DNA from: Candidatus Pacearchaeota archaeon
GTDB lineage: Archaea; Nanobdellota; Nanobdellia; Pacearchaeales; GW2011-AR1
Assembly: GCA_002686355.1 (NCBI GenBank)
Contig: NZBV01000022.1
Coordinates: 1 to 32,555 of the forward strand
Length of the DNA: 32,555 nt
Direction: 5' to 3'
Below the pieces are notes generated by a model. That model saw nothing but the letters and a program-made list of their open reading frames with translations, was not told the DNA's origin and did not search any database. Each line of letters opens with the position of its first letter. The stretch's first letter is position 1. Of this stretch, positions 7,973 to 15,801 are shown one piece after another. The position numbers and the translations under genes are program-made.

Positions 7973-9505
7973 ATGCCAGAAAATTCCCCCTCAATCAAAG
8001 AACAACGAATTAGAAAAATCACGCATTTGTATTACTCGCGAAAAGACGTGCAAAAAGCAATGTTTGAGTTTTCACAAAATCGGGAAATTTCGCCACAATA
8101 TTTCGAAGGTTTTGGAAAAAGACCAGATTCTTTTCAATACCCAAATGACATTTTTGAACTTGTAAAAAAAGGAGCAACTTCATTCCATTGTTCAGAAGAA
8201 TTATGGGACAACCCTCTAAACATAATAACAGGCATGACAGAAGAACAAGCAAATGAATTGCGAATCGGCTGGGACTTGCTAATAGATGTTGATTGCAAGT
8301 GGTTTGATTACAGCAAACTCGCAGCACAGGCAATAATAAAAGTCCTTGAAAATCATCAGATAAAAAACATAGGAATAAAATTTTCTGGCTCAAAAGGATG
8401 GCACATTTTAATCCCATGGAAATCTTTTCCAAAAGAAATTGGTAATGAGCAAACTAAAGACTTGTTCCCAGAACTGCCAAGGAAAATTGTAGATTACATT
8501 CGATTTAAAACAGAAGAAGAACTCACGAAAAATCTCCCGGCGGATTTTGAAGAACAGTTTAAGAATGTTAAAATAAAAAAAGGAATAAAATGTAACCAGT
8601 GCAAGGAGATTGCAAATGAATTTATTCTTACAGATTTTTTTTGCGAGGATTGCGGAATTGGTGAGCACAGAAAACTCGCGCCAGAAGACAAGACAGAATT
8701 CAAATGCCCAAACTGTAGACAAAATTTCGAGGTAAAAAATTCAATAGATATTTACGAATGCAACAGATGTAACATCGACTCGGGAAAAAACCAGAACAAT
8801 TTTTCCCAAACAATCGAGACAGATATTTTCGAAGTTATGGGTCTTGACTTGCTTCTTGTCTCTCCCCGTCACTTATTCCGGATGCCCTATTCTCTTCATG
8901 AAAAAACAGCATTGGCAAGCATGGTCTTGAACAAAGACGAGGTTTTAGATTTTGAACTAAAAGATGCAGACTCTATGAGCATTCAGATAAAAAATTTCAT
9001 GCCAGATTCAGAAGAAGGAGAAGCAAAAGAACTTGTTATGCAGGCAGTGGATTGGGATAGGGAAAATAAAATTTTTCGCGGTGAGTCAGAAGAAAAAGTC
9101 ACAGGCAAATACGCAGAATTCAAGCCAATAAAACTTGATAGAATTTTAGAAGAAAACTTTCCCCCTTGCGTAAAAAGAATATTAAACGGACTTGCTGATG
9201 GAAGAAAAAGAACTTTGTTTGTCCTGATAAATTTATTTCGTTCTGTTGGAATGGACAAGGAAGAACTTGAAAAAAAAATCAACGAGTGGAACACAAAAAA
9301 CGAGGTTCCTCTAAAAAAAGGTTATATCATCTCCCAACTTTTATGGAGTTATAAACGAAAACCAATTATGCCTCAAAACTGCAGAACTTTTTACCAGGAT
9401 ATCGGCATTTGCACCCCTGATGAATTTTGTCCGAAAATAAAAAATCCAGTGAATTATGTTGTGAGGAAGAGTTTTGTTGGAAAGAAAAAAGAGAGAAGGA
9501 AATGA
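7973..9505 (+). CDS. Archaeo-eukaryotic primase with the catalytic PriS-like domain fused to a PriL-CTD-like Fe-S domain
   Basis: AEP motifs are DLLIDVD (motif I), SGSKGWHILIP (motif II) and FRMPYSLHEKT (motif III). The insert has four CxxC pairs (CNQC, CEDC, CPNC, CNRC). The C-terminal region FPPCVKRILNGLADGRKRTLFVLINLF...NCRTFYQDIGICTPDEFC resembles the 4-Cys PriL C-terminal domain. Confidence 0.85.
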   Translation: MPENSPSIKEQRIRKITHLYYSRKDVQKAMFEFSQNREISPQYFEGFGKRPDSFQYPNDIFELVKKGATSFHCSEELWDNPLNIITGMTEEQANELRIGWDLLIDVDCKWFDYSKLAAQAIIKVLENHQIKNIGIKFSGSKGWHILIPWKSFPKEIGNEQTKDLFPELPRKIVDYIRFKTEEELTKNLPADFEEQFKNVKIKKGIKCNQCKEIANEFILTDFFCEDCGIGEHRKLAPEDKTEFKCPNCRQNFEVKNSIDIYECNRCNIDSGKNQNNFSQTIETDIFEVMGLDLLLVSPRHLFRMPYSLHEKTALASMVLNKDEVLDFELKDADSMSIQIKNFMPDSEEGEAKELVMQAVDWDRENKIFRGESEEKVTGKYAEFKPIKLDRILEENFPPCVKRILNGLADGRKRTLFVLINLFRSVGMDKEELEKKINEWNTKNEVPLKKGYIISQLLWSYKRKPIMPQNCRTFYQDIGICTPDEFCPKIKNPVNYVVRKSFVGKKKERRK

Positions 9506-9803
9506 CTTATCAAATCATTCCATACATTTATTTAATTAATGAAAAACTCTCTTAACAACTTCGTCAAGCGAAAAACTTGGTAGAGTCAGTAAGGCTTATA
9601 CAGTTTTGATTCTATGGGGCATTAAGGAAAATGACAAAACAAATATCACGAGGACAATTTTTGAAAACTGGAGGAACTTGGTTATAAAGGTGGGGCTATG
9701 GGAAAAACCTCTATTTTGAAGTCTTATAATCCTAAGGGAGATTTAATATCATAGGGGATTATTAAAACAACAAAACAATATCCAAAATTTTTCTTTAATA
9801 ATA

Positions 9804-9812
9804 TTTATAAAA
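9804..9812 (+). promoter_or_regulatory. Candidate TATA box (TTTATAAAA) for a leaderless or short-leader transcript of 9834-11651
   Basis: The TATA-like element ends 21 nt before the ATG at 9834. No Shine-Dalgarno-like purine run lies in between. Confidence 0.4.
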
Positions 9813-9833
9813 CCTCTTAACCTATTATTTCTT

Positions 9834-11651
9834 ATGAAAAGAGGAGCGGTATTTGGCTTATTATTTATTTTGTTAGTTACATCTTTTGCTTTTGCAGAAA
9901 ACAATGAAACAAATACAACAGAAGAAACAACAACCTCAGACGATACTTCTTCAGAAGACCTTTCTCAGATTGACAAAGCCTACAAGTGTCTTGAAGACAA
10001 GGTAAAGGACGAATGTTCAACTTCGCTTGTTGATAATATTTTCACCCTGCTTGCAATTAAAGAATGTGGCGGAAAAGTTAAAGATAAATCAAACAATGAC
10101 AAATGCTGGCCAGAAAATGATTGTGATATAAAGATAACTGCTCAGGCAATGTTGGCACTTGACAAGGCGGGCTACTCAACTTCAAAAGCAAAAGATTGGC
10201 TGCTCGATCAAAACAACACGCCTGATGACCTCTATTGGTATCTTGAAATAGAAAGCTCTAAAGAGACAATATGCACAATTGAATATGATTCAAGAGATTA
10301 CATAGTAAACATTGGGACAGACAAAAAAATAAGTTCTTCTGCAGGAGGTTGTCTTAGTTTGTCTAGCGGAGATTACTGGCTGAGAATTTCCCCCTCTTGT
10401 TATGATAAGGAGTTTAAAGTCTCCTGCGACGAATCTTTTTTAACGACATTACTATTCAAGAAACAGACCTCTCCTACAATCCATGTTTCAGAGGATACCT
10501 CTTCTGCTTCTGCAGAGGGCACGACAAAAGAACAAGTCCTCTCCCTTTGTTTCACAGAAGGTAACACCTGTGATTATGAAGGAAGCTTGTGGGCTACACT
10601 GGTTTTAGACACCCTCGGTTATGATGTTTCTGCATTCATTCCTTATCTGATTACAATGGCTGATGAAAATGGAAAATTCCTTCCAGAAGCATTTTTGTAT
10701 GCACTGACTGACTATACTGACTTCAGGTCTGATTTATTATTAAAGCAAAAAGTAAAATACTGGGATGAATCAGGAGACAAGTTCTCTGATACTGCGCTTG
10801 CGCTTTACCCTTTTATCTACGAGGACTTAACAGAAAAAGACAATTCAAAAGAATGGTTGCTGGAGATTCAAGATGATGATGGTTGCTGGGATAGTGGAAG
10901 GATAAAGAGCACTGCTTTTGTCTTGGCTTCAATCTGGCCAAGAGGGGGTTATACATCTGATTCAGGAAGAACAACAGGAGGCGATTGCGAGAATTCTGGT
11001 TATTATTGTATGTCGGGTATAGAGTGCAAAGGAAATATTCTCAAAGATTATGAATGCTCAGGTGTTGCAAAATGCTGTGACCAGCCTACTACTCTAGAAT
11101 TATGCGAAGACCAAGGAGGACAAATATGTGCTTCAAATAAACTTTGCTCAGGGGGAACAACAATTAGTTCTGCTGATGCAACTGAAGGAGCTACTTGTTG
11201 TATTGGTGGAAGATGTCAGGAACCGGAAGTAACAATAGACGACTGTGAGTCTTATGGAGGAGTATGTAGGCTTTCTGATTGTGAAGGAGATGAAGAAAAA
11301 TCAGTCACTTATTCCTGTGATTATGAAGACACTTGTTGTCTAAAAAAAAGCGATGAAGGAAGTTTGTGGTGGATTTGGTTATTACTGATTTTAACAATTC
11401 TCGCGGTTGTTGCAATAGTCTTTAGAGCCCGTTTGGGATTTTATTATAAAAAGATAAAATCAAGATTTGGAAAAGGAAAAGGTCCAAAAGCCCCTCCTTC
11501 AGCATTCCCTCCAGGCCCAAGAGGTCCAGTAGGACCAAGAAGAATTCTGCCTCCATCATCTCGCAGATATCCTGTAAGGAGAAGACCTCCTGCAAAAAGA
11601 TCAGGAGAAATCGACGAAGTTCTTAAGAAGCTGAAAGATATGGGAAAATAG
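9834..11651 (+). CDS. Type I membrane surface protein with an alpha/alpha-toroid (prenyltransferase/terpene-cyclase-like) repeat ectodomain, three Cys-rich stalk modules, a TM helix and a Pro/Arg-rich cytoplasmic tail
   Basis: Signal peptide MKRGAVFGLLFILLVTSFAFA. Repeat signatures are ITAQAMLALDKAGYS..AKDWLLDQ, GSLWATLVLDTLGYD and EWLLEIQDDDGCWDSGRIKSTAFVLASIWP. Three C..C..C..CC modules follow. TM helix LWWIWLLLILTILAVVAIVF. Tail GPKAPPSAFPPGPRGPVGPRRILPPSSRRYPVRRRPPAKR. Confidence 0.8.
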   Translation: MKRGAVFGLLFILLVTSFAFAENNETNTTEETTTSDDTSSEDLSQIDKAYKCLEDKVKDECSTSLVDNIFTLLAIKECGGKVKDKSNNDKCWPENDCDIKITAQAMLALDKAGYSTSKAKDWLLDQNNTPDDLYWYLEIESSKETICTIEYDSRDYIVNIGTDKKISSSAGGCLSLSSGDYWLRISPSCYDKEFKVSCDESFLTTLLFKKQTSPTIHVSEDTSSASAEGTTKEQVLSLCFTEGNTCDYEGSLWATLVLDTLGYDVSAFIPYLITMADENGKFLPEAFLYALTDYTDFRSDLLLKQKVKYWDESGDKFSDTALALYPFIYEDLTEKDNSKEWLLEIQDDDGCWDSGRIKSTAFVLASIWPRGGYTSDSGRTTGGDCENSGYYCMSGIECKGNILKDYECSGVAKCCDQPTTLELCEDQGGQICASNKLCSGGTTISSADATEGATCCIGGRCQEPEVTIDDCESYGGVCRLSDCEGDEEKSVTYSCDYEDTCCLKKSDEGSLWWIWLLLILTILAVVAIVFRARLGFYYKKIKSRFGKGKGPKAPPSAFPPGPRGPVGPRRILPPSSRRYPVRRRPPAKRSGEIDEVLKKLKDMGK

Positions 11652-11909
11652 ATTCCAACAATCTTTATTAAGATTCTTTGATTGGTTCTTTAATGAAACA
11701 TTTAAAATTACTAGAAGAAACATTTATACAAGAAGAGACGAAATAAGGAGAAGTGGTATTCCTCCTGTGGAAACAACTTATAAATATACAAACAAATTGA
11801 TTCAGATTTAAGAGAAATAGCCCACTATAAAACAACAAGAAAATATGTTAAGAGCAGTTCTCGTTAACAGATTCATCAATCCTGAACACCAACGAGGTGA
11901 TTAATTAAA

Positions 11910-11917
11910 TTTATATA
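11910..11917 (+). promoter_or_regulatory. Candidate TATA box (TTTATATA) for a leaderless transcript of 11940-12971
   Basis: The TATA-like octamer ends 22 nt before the ATG at 11940. Confidence 0.4.
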
Positions 11918-11939
11918 ACCCTTTTTACTCAATCCAATT

Positions 11940-12971
11940 ATGAAACAATTAATAATATTCTCAATTTTTCTTTTTCTATTCCCTGTTGTTTCTTCAATTG
12001 AATTCACAATGAATCAAGAATTCCAGAAAGGAGAAACATTAATAGCAAAAGTTTCAGGCAACTTTATGGAGCCTATTCTTAAGGAAAATATTGGGTTTTT
12101 TAGGGGGCATGTTCGTGTGGCCATTGAGCCATTTGTGGCAAAAATCAATGAAGAATTTTACATTTATGCACACTTGCCAGAAAATTCAGATAATTATTCA
12201 ATTGTCATAACTGGAGTTAAATATTTTAAAGGAAGTAAGATTAGTGACACAAACCTGACAGAAGATTTCACAATCACAAATCAGACAGCGCAATTTTCAG
12301 TTGACAAAGGGTTTGTTGTTTCAGATGATGATTTCTATCTTGAAGTTCAAAACCTCCAGGATTTTGCAATAACGATTAATGTTGGTCAACAAACAATTTT
12401 AGGAGACACAGACGATTTTAGAGTAACAAATCCAGGAATATTAAAATCAGGAGATATTGAAAAAATAAATTTCGCAATTGGCGAATTAACAGAACCCACT
12501 TTGAAAACAATGGCTTTAACTTCAGGAGAATTTAGTTATGAGATTCTTGTGGATATATACGGGATAAGCAGAGAGGCAAAAGAAGTTGCAATGGAAGGCA
12601 AGGATTTCATTGACTTGGATGAACAAGAGAAAGAAATAATTGTTGTTGAGGAGGAATATGTCCCGACAACAACTGCTACCTGCGGAGAACTTAATGGAAC
12701 AATCTGTACTGAAGACCAAGAGTGCGATGAAGAAGTAGAATATACACCAGAGAAGGATAAGACGACTGGTAAGTGCTGTTTAGGAACCTGCACAGAAAAA
12801 CCAGAATCTTCAACAGGAGCAATAATCGGTTGGGGACTTGTGATTGTAATCATCGGATTTTTAATCTGGTTTTTAAAATTCAGATATCGGCCTGCAAAAA
12901 GAGAAATTAACCTGCTTGACATTGGCAAAGGCAAAAAACTAGAATCAAAAAAAGGCAGTACAAAATCATGA
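11940..12971 (+). CDS. Type I membrane surface protein with one Cys-rich juxtamembrane stalk module
   Basis: Signal peptide MKQLIIFSIFLFLFPVVSS, then a beta-rich ectodomain. The module TCGELNGTICTEDQECDEE...GKCCLGTCTEKPE matches the modules of the 605-aa protein. TM helix IIGWGLVIVIIGFLIWFL, followed by a short basic tail. Confidence 0.8.
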   Translation: MKQLIIFSIFLFLFPVVSSIEFTMNQEFQKGETLIAKVSGNFMEPILKENIGFFRGHVRVAIEPFVAKINEEFYIYAHLPENSDNYSIVITGVKYFKGSKISDTNLTEDFTITNQTAQFSVDKGFVVSDDDFYLEVQNLQDFAITINVGQQTILGDTDDFRVTNPGILKSGDIEKINFAIGELTEPTLKTMALTSGEFSYEILVDIYGISREAKEVAMEGKDFIDLDEQEKEIIVVEEEYVPTTTATCGELNGTICTEDQECDEEVEYTPEKDKTTGKCCLGTCTEKPESSTGAIIGWGLVIVIIGFLIWFLKFRYRPAKREINLLDIGKGKKLESKKGSTKS

Positions 12972-13160
12972 GAATTTAAGAAAAAGTTTAGTAAATAATG
13001 GTTATTCTTTGAAATTGCCTTCGGCAGATTTCTTCGCTAAAAAATTAATATAAATAATTATAATAAATCGGTGTTAGATGTCTCAATGGAGATTTAGTAT
13101 TAATCGTTTAAATTATGTGAAATAGGTTTTAATTGTGAGCAAAGAGAACCAATTATTATC

Positions 13161-13703
13161 TTATTTTTTTCCTCTAATTTTCTTTTTAACAACATTTTTT
13201 TTCTCAGGTTTTTTCTTTTTCTTTTCTTCTAAAATTTCTTGTAATTTTTCCTTTAACTGCTTGTTCTGGACCTGAAGAACCTTTGCAATCTCATCATAAC
13301 CATGCAGTCTTCTTGTCAGTTCATTAAGAATATCATTCCATCCGTTGTTTGTCAGTGCAATAAGTTCAGGATAAACAATTTCAATGTGAGCAGGCATATA
13401 CTTGAACATCAAAATAGCAAGATACAAAATCTCCTCAACCTCAACTTCTATCTCTGCAAAAGTCGTGTAAAACTGCTGGCTATCTTTGACAAGCATCGGC
13501 TCTTTTATCTTTTTCCCCTTAACCTGCACACCTTTTTCTTCTTTAAGCTGGTCGATAATCTTCTCCAGGGTCTCAATCAAATGCTCAGGTGGTTTTCCAA
13601 CCACATCTATAATCAGTACTGCCCTGATGTTCTTAGTCTCTTCTGGCATCTCTTCCACGCGGGTAGAAATCTTTGATTTGTTTTCTTTAGTCTGTAAACC
13701 CAT
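13161..13703 (-). CDS. Hypothetical protein with a C-terminal coiled-coil and Lys-rich tail
   Basis: 180-aa ORF with an alternative start at 13649 (MPEETKNIRAV...). I recognise no family. The tail is KEKLQEILEEKKKKKPEKKNVVKKKIRGKK. The long form overlaps the 3' end of the ComEA-like gene by 17 nt. Confidence 0.55.
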   Translation of the reverse strand: MGLQTKENKSKISTRVEEMPEETKNIRAVLIIDVVGKPPEHLIETLEKIIDQLKEEKGVQVKGKKIKEPMLVKDSQQFYTTFAEIEVEVEEILYLAILMFKYMPAHIEIVYPELIALTNNGWNDILNELTRRLHGYDEIAKVLQVQNKQLKEKLQEILEEKKKKKPEKKNVVKKKIRGKK

Positions 13704-14331
13704 TTTTATTTTTCTTTGCTTTTATCATGAACAAGACAATCAGCAAAAAACAAAACCCAATAAAGCCATATAAAGAATATTTGCCTTTGTCTAAAACTCC
13801 CTCAGTATCCTCGCTTTTTATAGTTTGTGCATTTAGGTTTATCACAGGTGCCTCAATCTCTTCTGTGGTTTGATAAGACTTTTCAGTTTGAGAATCATCA
13901 GAGCTATCCAGATAAACAGGTGTCTCTGTTTCCTGCTCATCATCTTCTTCTTCATCTTCCTCAACATGAGCCAAATCCTGCTCATCATCTTCTTCTTCAT
14001 CTTCCTCAACATGAGCCAAATCCTGCTCATCAGCTTCTTCTTCATTTTCCTCAACTTCCTCGTCCTCAACACAAGCCAAACCCTGCTCTTTTATATCAGC
14101 CAGTTTCACTTCACCGATTCCAGACACATCAATTAGTGAATCCAGATTTTCAAAAGGTCTTGCATTAACTATCTTCTCTGCAGTCACAGGCCCTACCCAG
14201 ATTATCTCATCGAGCTTTTCCTCTGAAGCAGAATTTATGTCAATCTGTTCATCAGAACAAAACGCAAAGACCAAGGGAACTCCTATTAATACAAAAAGAA
14301 ATATCAGGTTAACTTTGATTTTAGTAGTCAC
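13687..14331 (-). CDS. Secreted, C-terminally membrane-anchored ComEA-like helix-hairpin-helix DNA-binding protein with an acidic repeat linker
   Basis: Signal peptide MTTKIKVNLIFLFVLIGVPLVFAF. The HhH pair IDINSASEEKLDEIIWVGPVTAEKIVNARPFENLDSLIDVSGIGEVKLADIKEQG matches the ComEA C-terminal DNA-binding domain pattern. The acidic repeat is DEQDLAHVEEDEEED x2 plus a degenerate copy. C-terminal TM helix LYGFIGFCFLLIVLFMI followed by KAKKNK. Confidence 0.75.
   Translation of the reverse strand: MTTKIKVNLIFLFVLIGVPLVFAFCSDEQIDINSASEEKLDEIIWVGPVTAEKIVNARPFENLDSLIDVSGIGEVKLADIKEQGLACVEDEEVEENEEEADEQDLAHVEEDEEEDDEQDLAHVEEDEEEDDEQETETPVYLDSSDDSQTEKSYQTTEEIEAPVINLNAQTIKSEDTEGVLDKGKYSLYGFIGFCFLLIVLFMIKAKKNKNGFTD
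13931..14065. repeat. 45-bp tandem repeat with two identical copies and one degenerate copy, lying inside the ComEA-like CDS
   Basis: The unit cctgctcatcatcttcttcttcatcttcctcaacatgagccaaat is identical at 13931-13975 and 13976-14020. A diverged third copy starts at 14021. On the minus strand it encodes the 15-aa acidic unit. Confidence 0.9.
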
Positions 14332-14391
14332 TCTGTTCTCCTATAACATAATAAACAAAGGATTATATAAACTTAAAGTTTGTCGTAATCC

Positions 14392-14814
14392 TTACTCCCC
14401 TTCAAAATCAACATATTCCACATTCAGGCTTCTGCCTTGTTTTTTCCCTTTTGCAATCAATATCTTAAGAAAAATTTCCTTCTCTAACAACCATTTGCAC
14501 TTTGCCTTTTCTTCTTTGTCAAGCCAGCCATTTCTTTTGACTTCAATTCCAATAATCTCAAAACTCTTTTTTCCTCTCTTTTTAAATGCAATAAAATCAG
14601 GAAAACCTGTTCCAATTGACAATGCCCGAAGAAAGGGATTATATTTTCTTTTTGCAGGAATTAATTTGTCATTTTCAAAATCAATGTTATTCATCCATTT
14701 TGTCACAATCCAGCCCTGTGCCTTTAAATCAGTTCTGACTTTTAATTCAAAACGCGCTCCTGCAGCTCTTGCCTTTTTGCCTCTTTTAGAATTTGCTCTT
14801 TTTTTTGCATTCAT
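14392..14814 (-). CDS. PD-(D/E)xK nuclease, Hjc-like Holliday junction resolvase
   Basis: The 140-aa product has GARFELKVRTDLKAQGWIV (E), GFPDFIAF (D) and IIGIEVKRNGWLDKEE (E-x-K), in the order and spacing of archaeal Hjc. There is an insertion between the first two motifs. Confidence 0.6.
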   Translation of the reverse strand: MNAKKRANSKRGKKARAAGARFELKVRTDLKAQGWIVTKWMNNIDFENDKLIPAKRKYNPFLRALSIGTGFPDFIAFKKRGKKSFEIIGIEVKRNGWLDKEEKAKCKWLLEKEIFLKILIAKGKKQGRSLNVEYVDFEGE

Positions 14815-14942
14815 AAATTAATAAATATTAAGAAGTATATAAATTTACTTTTGTAATTTAAAATTAGTACTGCCCCACATCAGACCTCGTCATGCTGTTC
14901 CGCCAGGTTTTATTATCACATTGATAAGATTCTCAAGCGAGA

Positions 14943-15128
14943 CTAAATATCACGAGCATGCAATGTCCGCCTGTGATTTGCTTTTGCGCGCTCAATTCCT
15001 TTTGCTAAAATTTCCTCAACACTTTTTTCAAGAGCCATTCCAACTTCTTCTGCAACACTTGAGACAGCATTTTCTTTATCAAGTTCTTGAACTACTTTTT
15101 TTATGTTGCTTTTAACAATCAATACCAT
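14943..15128 (-). CDS. Small histone-fold-like protein (DUF1931 / archaeal histone-like)
   Basis: The 61-aa product is VKSNIKKVVQEL...AVSSVAEEVGMALEKSVEEILAKGIERAKANHRRTLHARDI. This gives a short alpha1, a long alpha2, and the RKT-x-x-x-x-D-like L2 signature (RRTLHARDI vs RKTIKAEDI in HMf-type histones). It ends right after L2. Confidence 0.55.
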   Translation of the reverse strand: MVLIVKSNIKKVVQELDKENAVSSVAEEVGMALEKSVEEILAKGIERAKANHRRTLHARDI

Positions 15129-15182
15129 AATTTAATTAATGAATTATTTATTTTAAATGTTTTTCTAATAAATTTTCTTTTA

Positions 15183-15767
15183 CTATTCCAACCCAATATC
15201 TTCTTTTATTTTTTTCAGTGCGTCAATTGAAATCTGAAAAAATTCATTAATGTCTAGTTCTGTTTCTTCAATTTTTCTTATTAAATCCCGATTACAGTTT
15301 GCTGCAAAACTTTTGTCCTTGAATTTTTTCTTCAAACCTTTGACTTCCATATCTGAAATCTTTTTTCCTCTCATCAGAGCATACGCATGAATAATTCCTG
15401 TCATTGTTTCTGCTGCAGCAAGAGCATGCTCAACTTTCTTTGATCTCTGTTTCTCCTTCAACATCAGAATTTCATTATAACCATAACCATGCGACTGCAC
15501 AACTTCGATAAACTCGTCATCAAAACCAGCTTCTCTTAAAATCTCTTCTGCCTTGATTGTATGTTCTGCCCAATTATCCCGTGTCAAAGCCCAATCAACA
15601 TCATGCAGCAAACCAAGCATCCCCCAATAATCAGTATCTTCCCCAAATTTCTCAGCTAACCCCCTCATAATTGCCTCTGATTCAAGATAATGATTCATAT
15701 CAGATTCTGTCTGGTCATATTTTTTAAGAAGTTCTAACGCTTGTTCGCGTGTGATTGGAAACATCAT
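15183..15767 (-). CDS. HD-domain phosphohydrolase
   Basis: The 194-aa product has H...HD metal-binding signatures (MNHYLESEAIMRGLAEKF...GLLHDVDW...VVQSHGY). Confidence 0.8.
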   Translation of the reverse strand: MMFPITREQALELLKKYDQTESDMNHYLESEAIMRGLAEKFGEDTDYWGMLGLLHDVDWALTRDNWAEHTIKAEEILREAGFDDEFIEVVQSHGYGYNEILMLKEKQRSKKVEHALAAAETMTGIIHAYALMRGKKISDMEVKGLKKKFKDKSFAANCNRDLIRKIEETELDINEFFQISIDALKKIKEDIGLE

Positions 15768-15801
15768 GGAATCATGATGGACAAAATCTATTTAAGGTTT
15801 T

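Noticed and set aside
13011-13032. Hairpin GAAATTGCC-TTC-GGCAGATTTC between convergent genes, as a terminator
   Set aside because: The stem is imperfect, with a bulge and a wobble pair. It is not followed by a convincing oligo-T tract on either strand, which is the main archaeal termination signal.
13687-13750. PGF-CTERM/archaeosortase-type sorting signal at the ComEA-like C-terminus (LYGFIGF...KAKKNK)
   Set aside because: It shares only a loose YGF plus TM plus basic pattern. The other surface proteins in the window do not share it, and no archaeosortase is present here.
13827-14168. Three overlapping ORFs (13827-14168 +, 13842-14072 -, 13870-14136 +) with repetitive translations
   Set aside because: They are alternative-frame readings of the 45-bp acidic repeat within the ComEA-like CDS. 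The ComEA frame has a signal peptide, an HhH domain and a TM anchor, so it is the real one.
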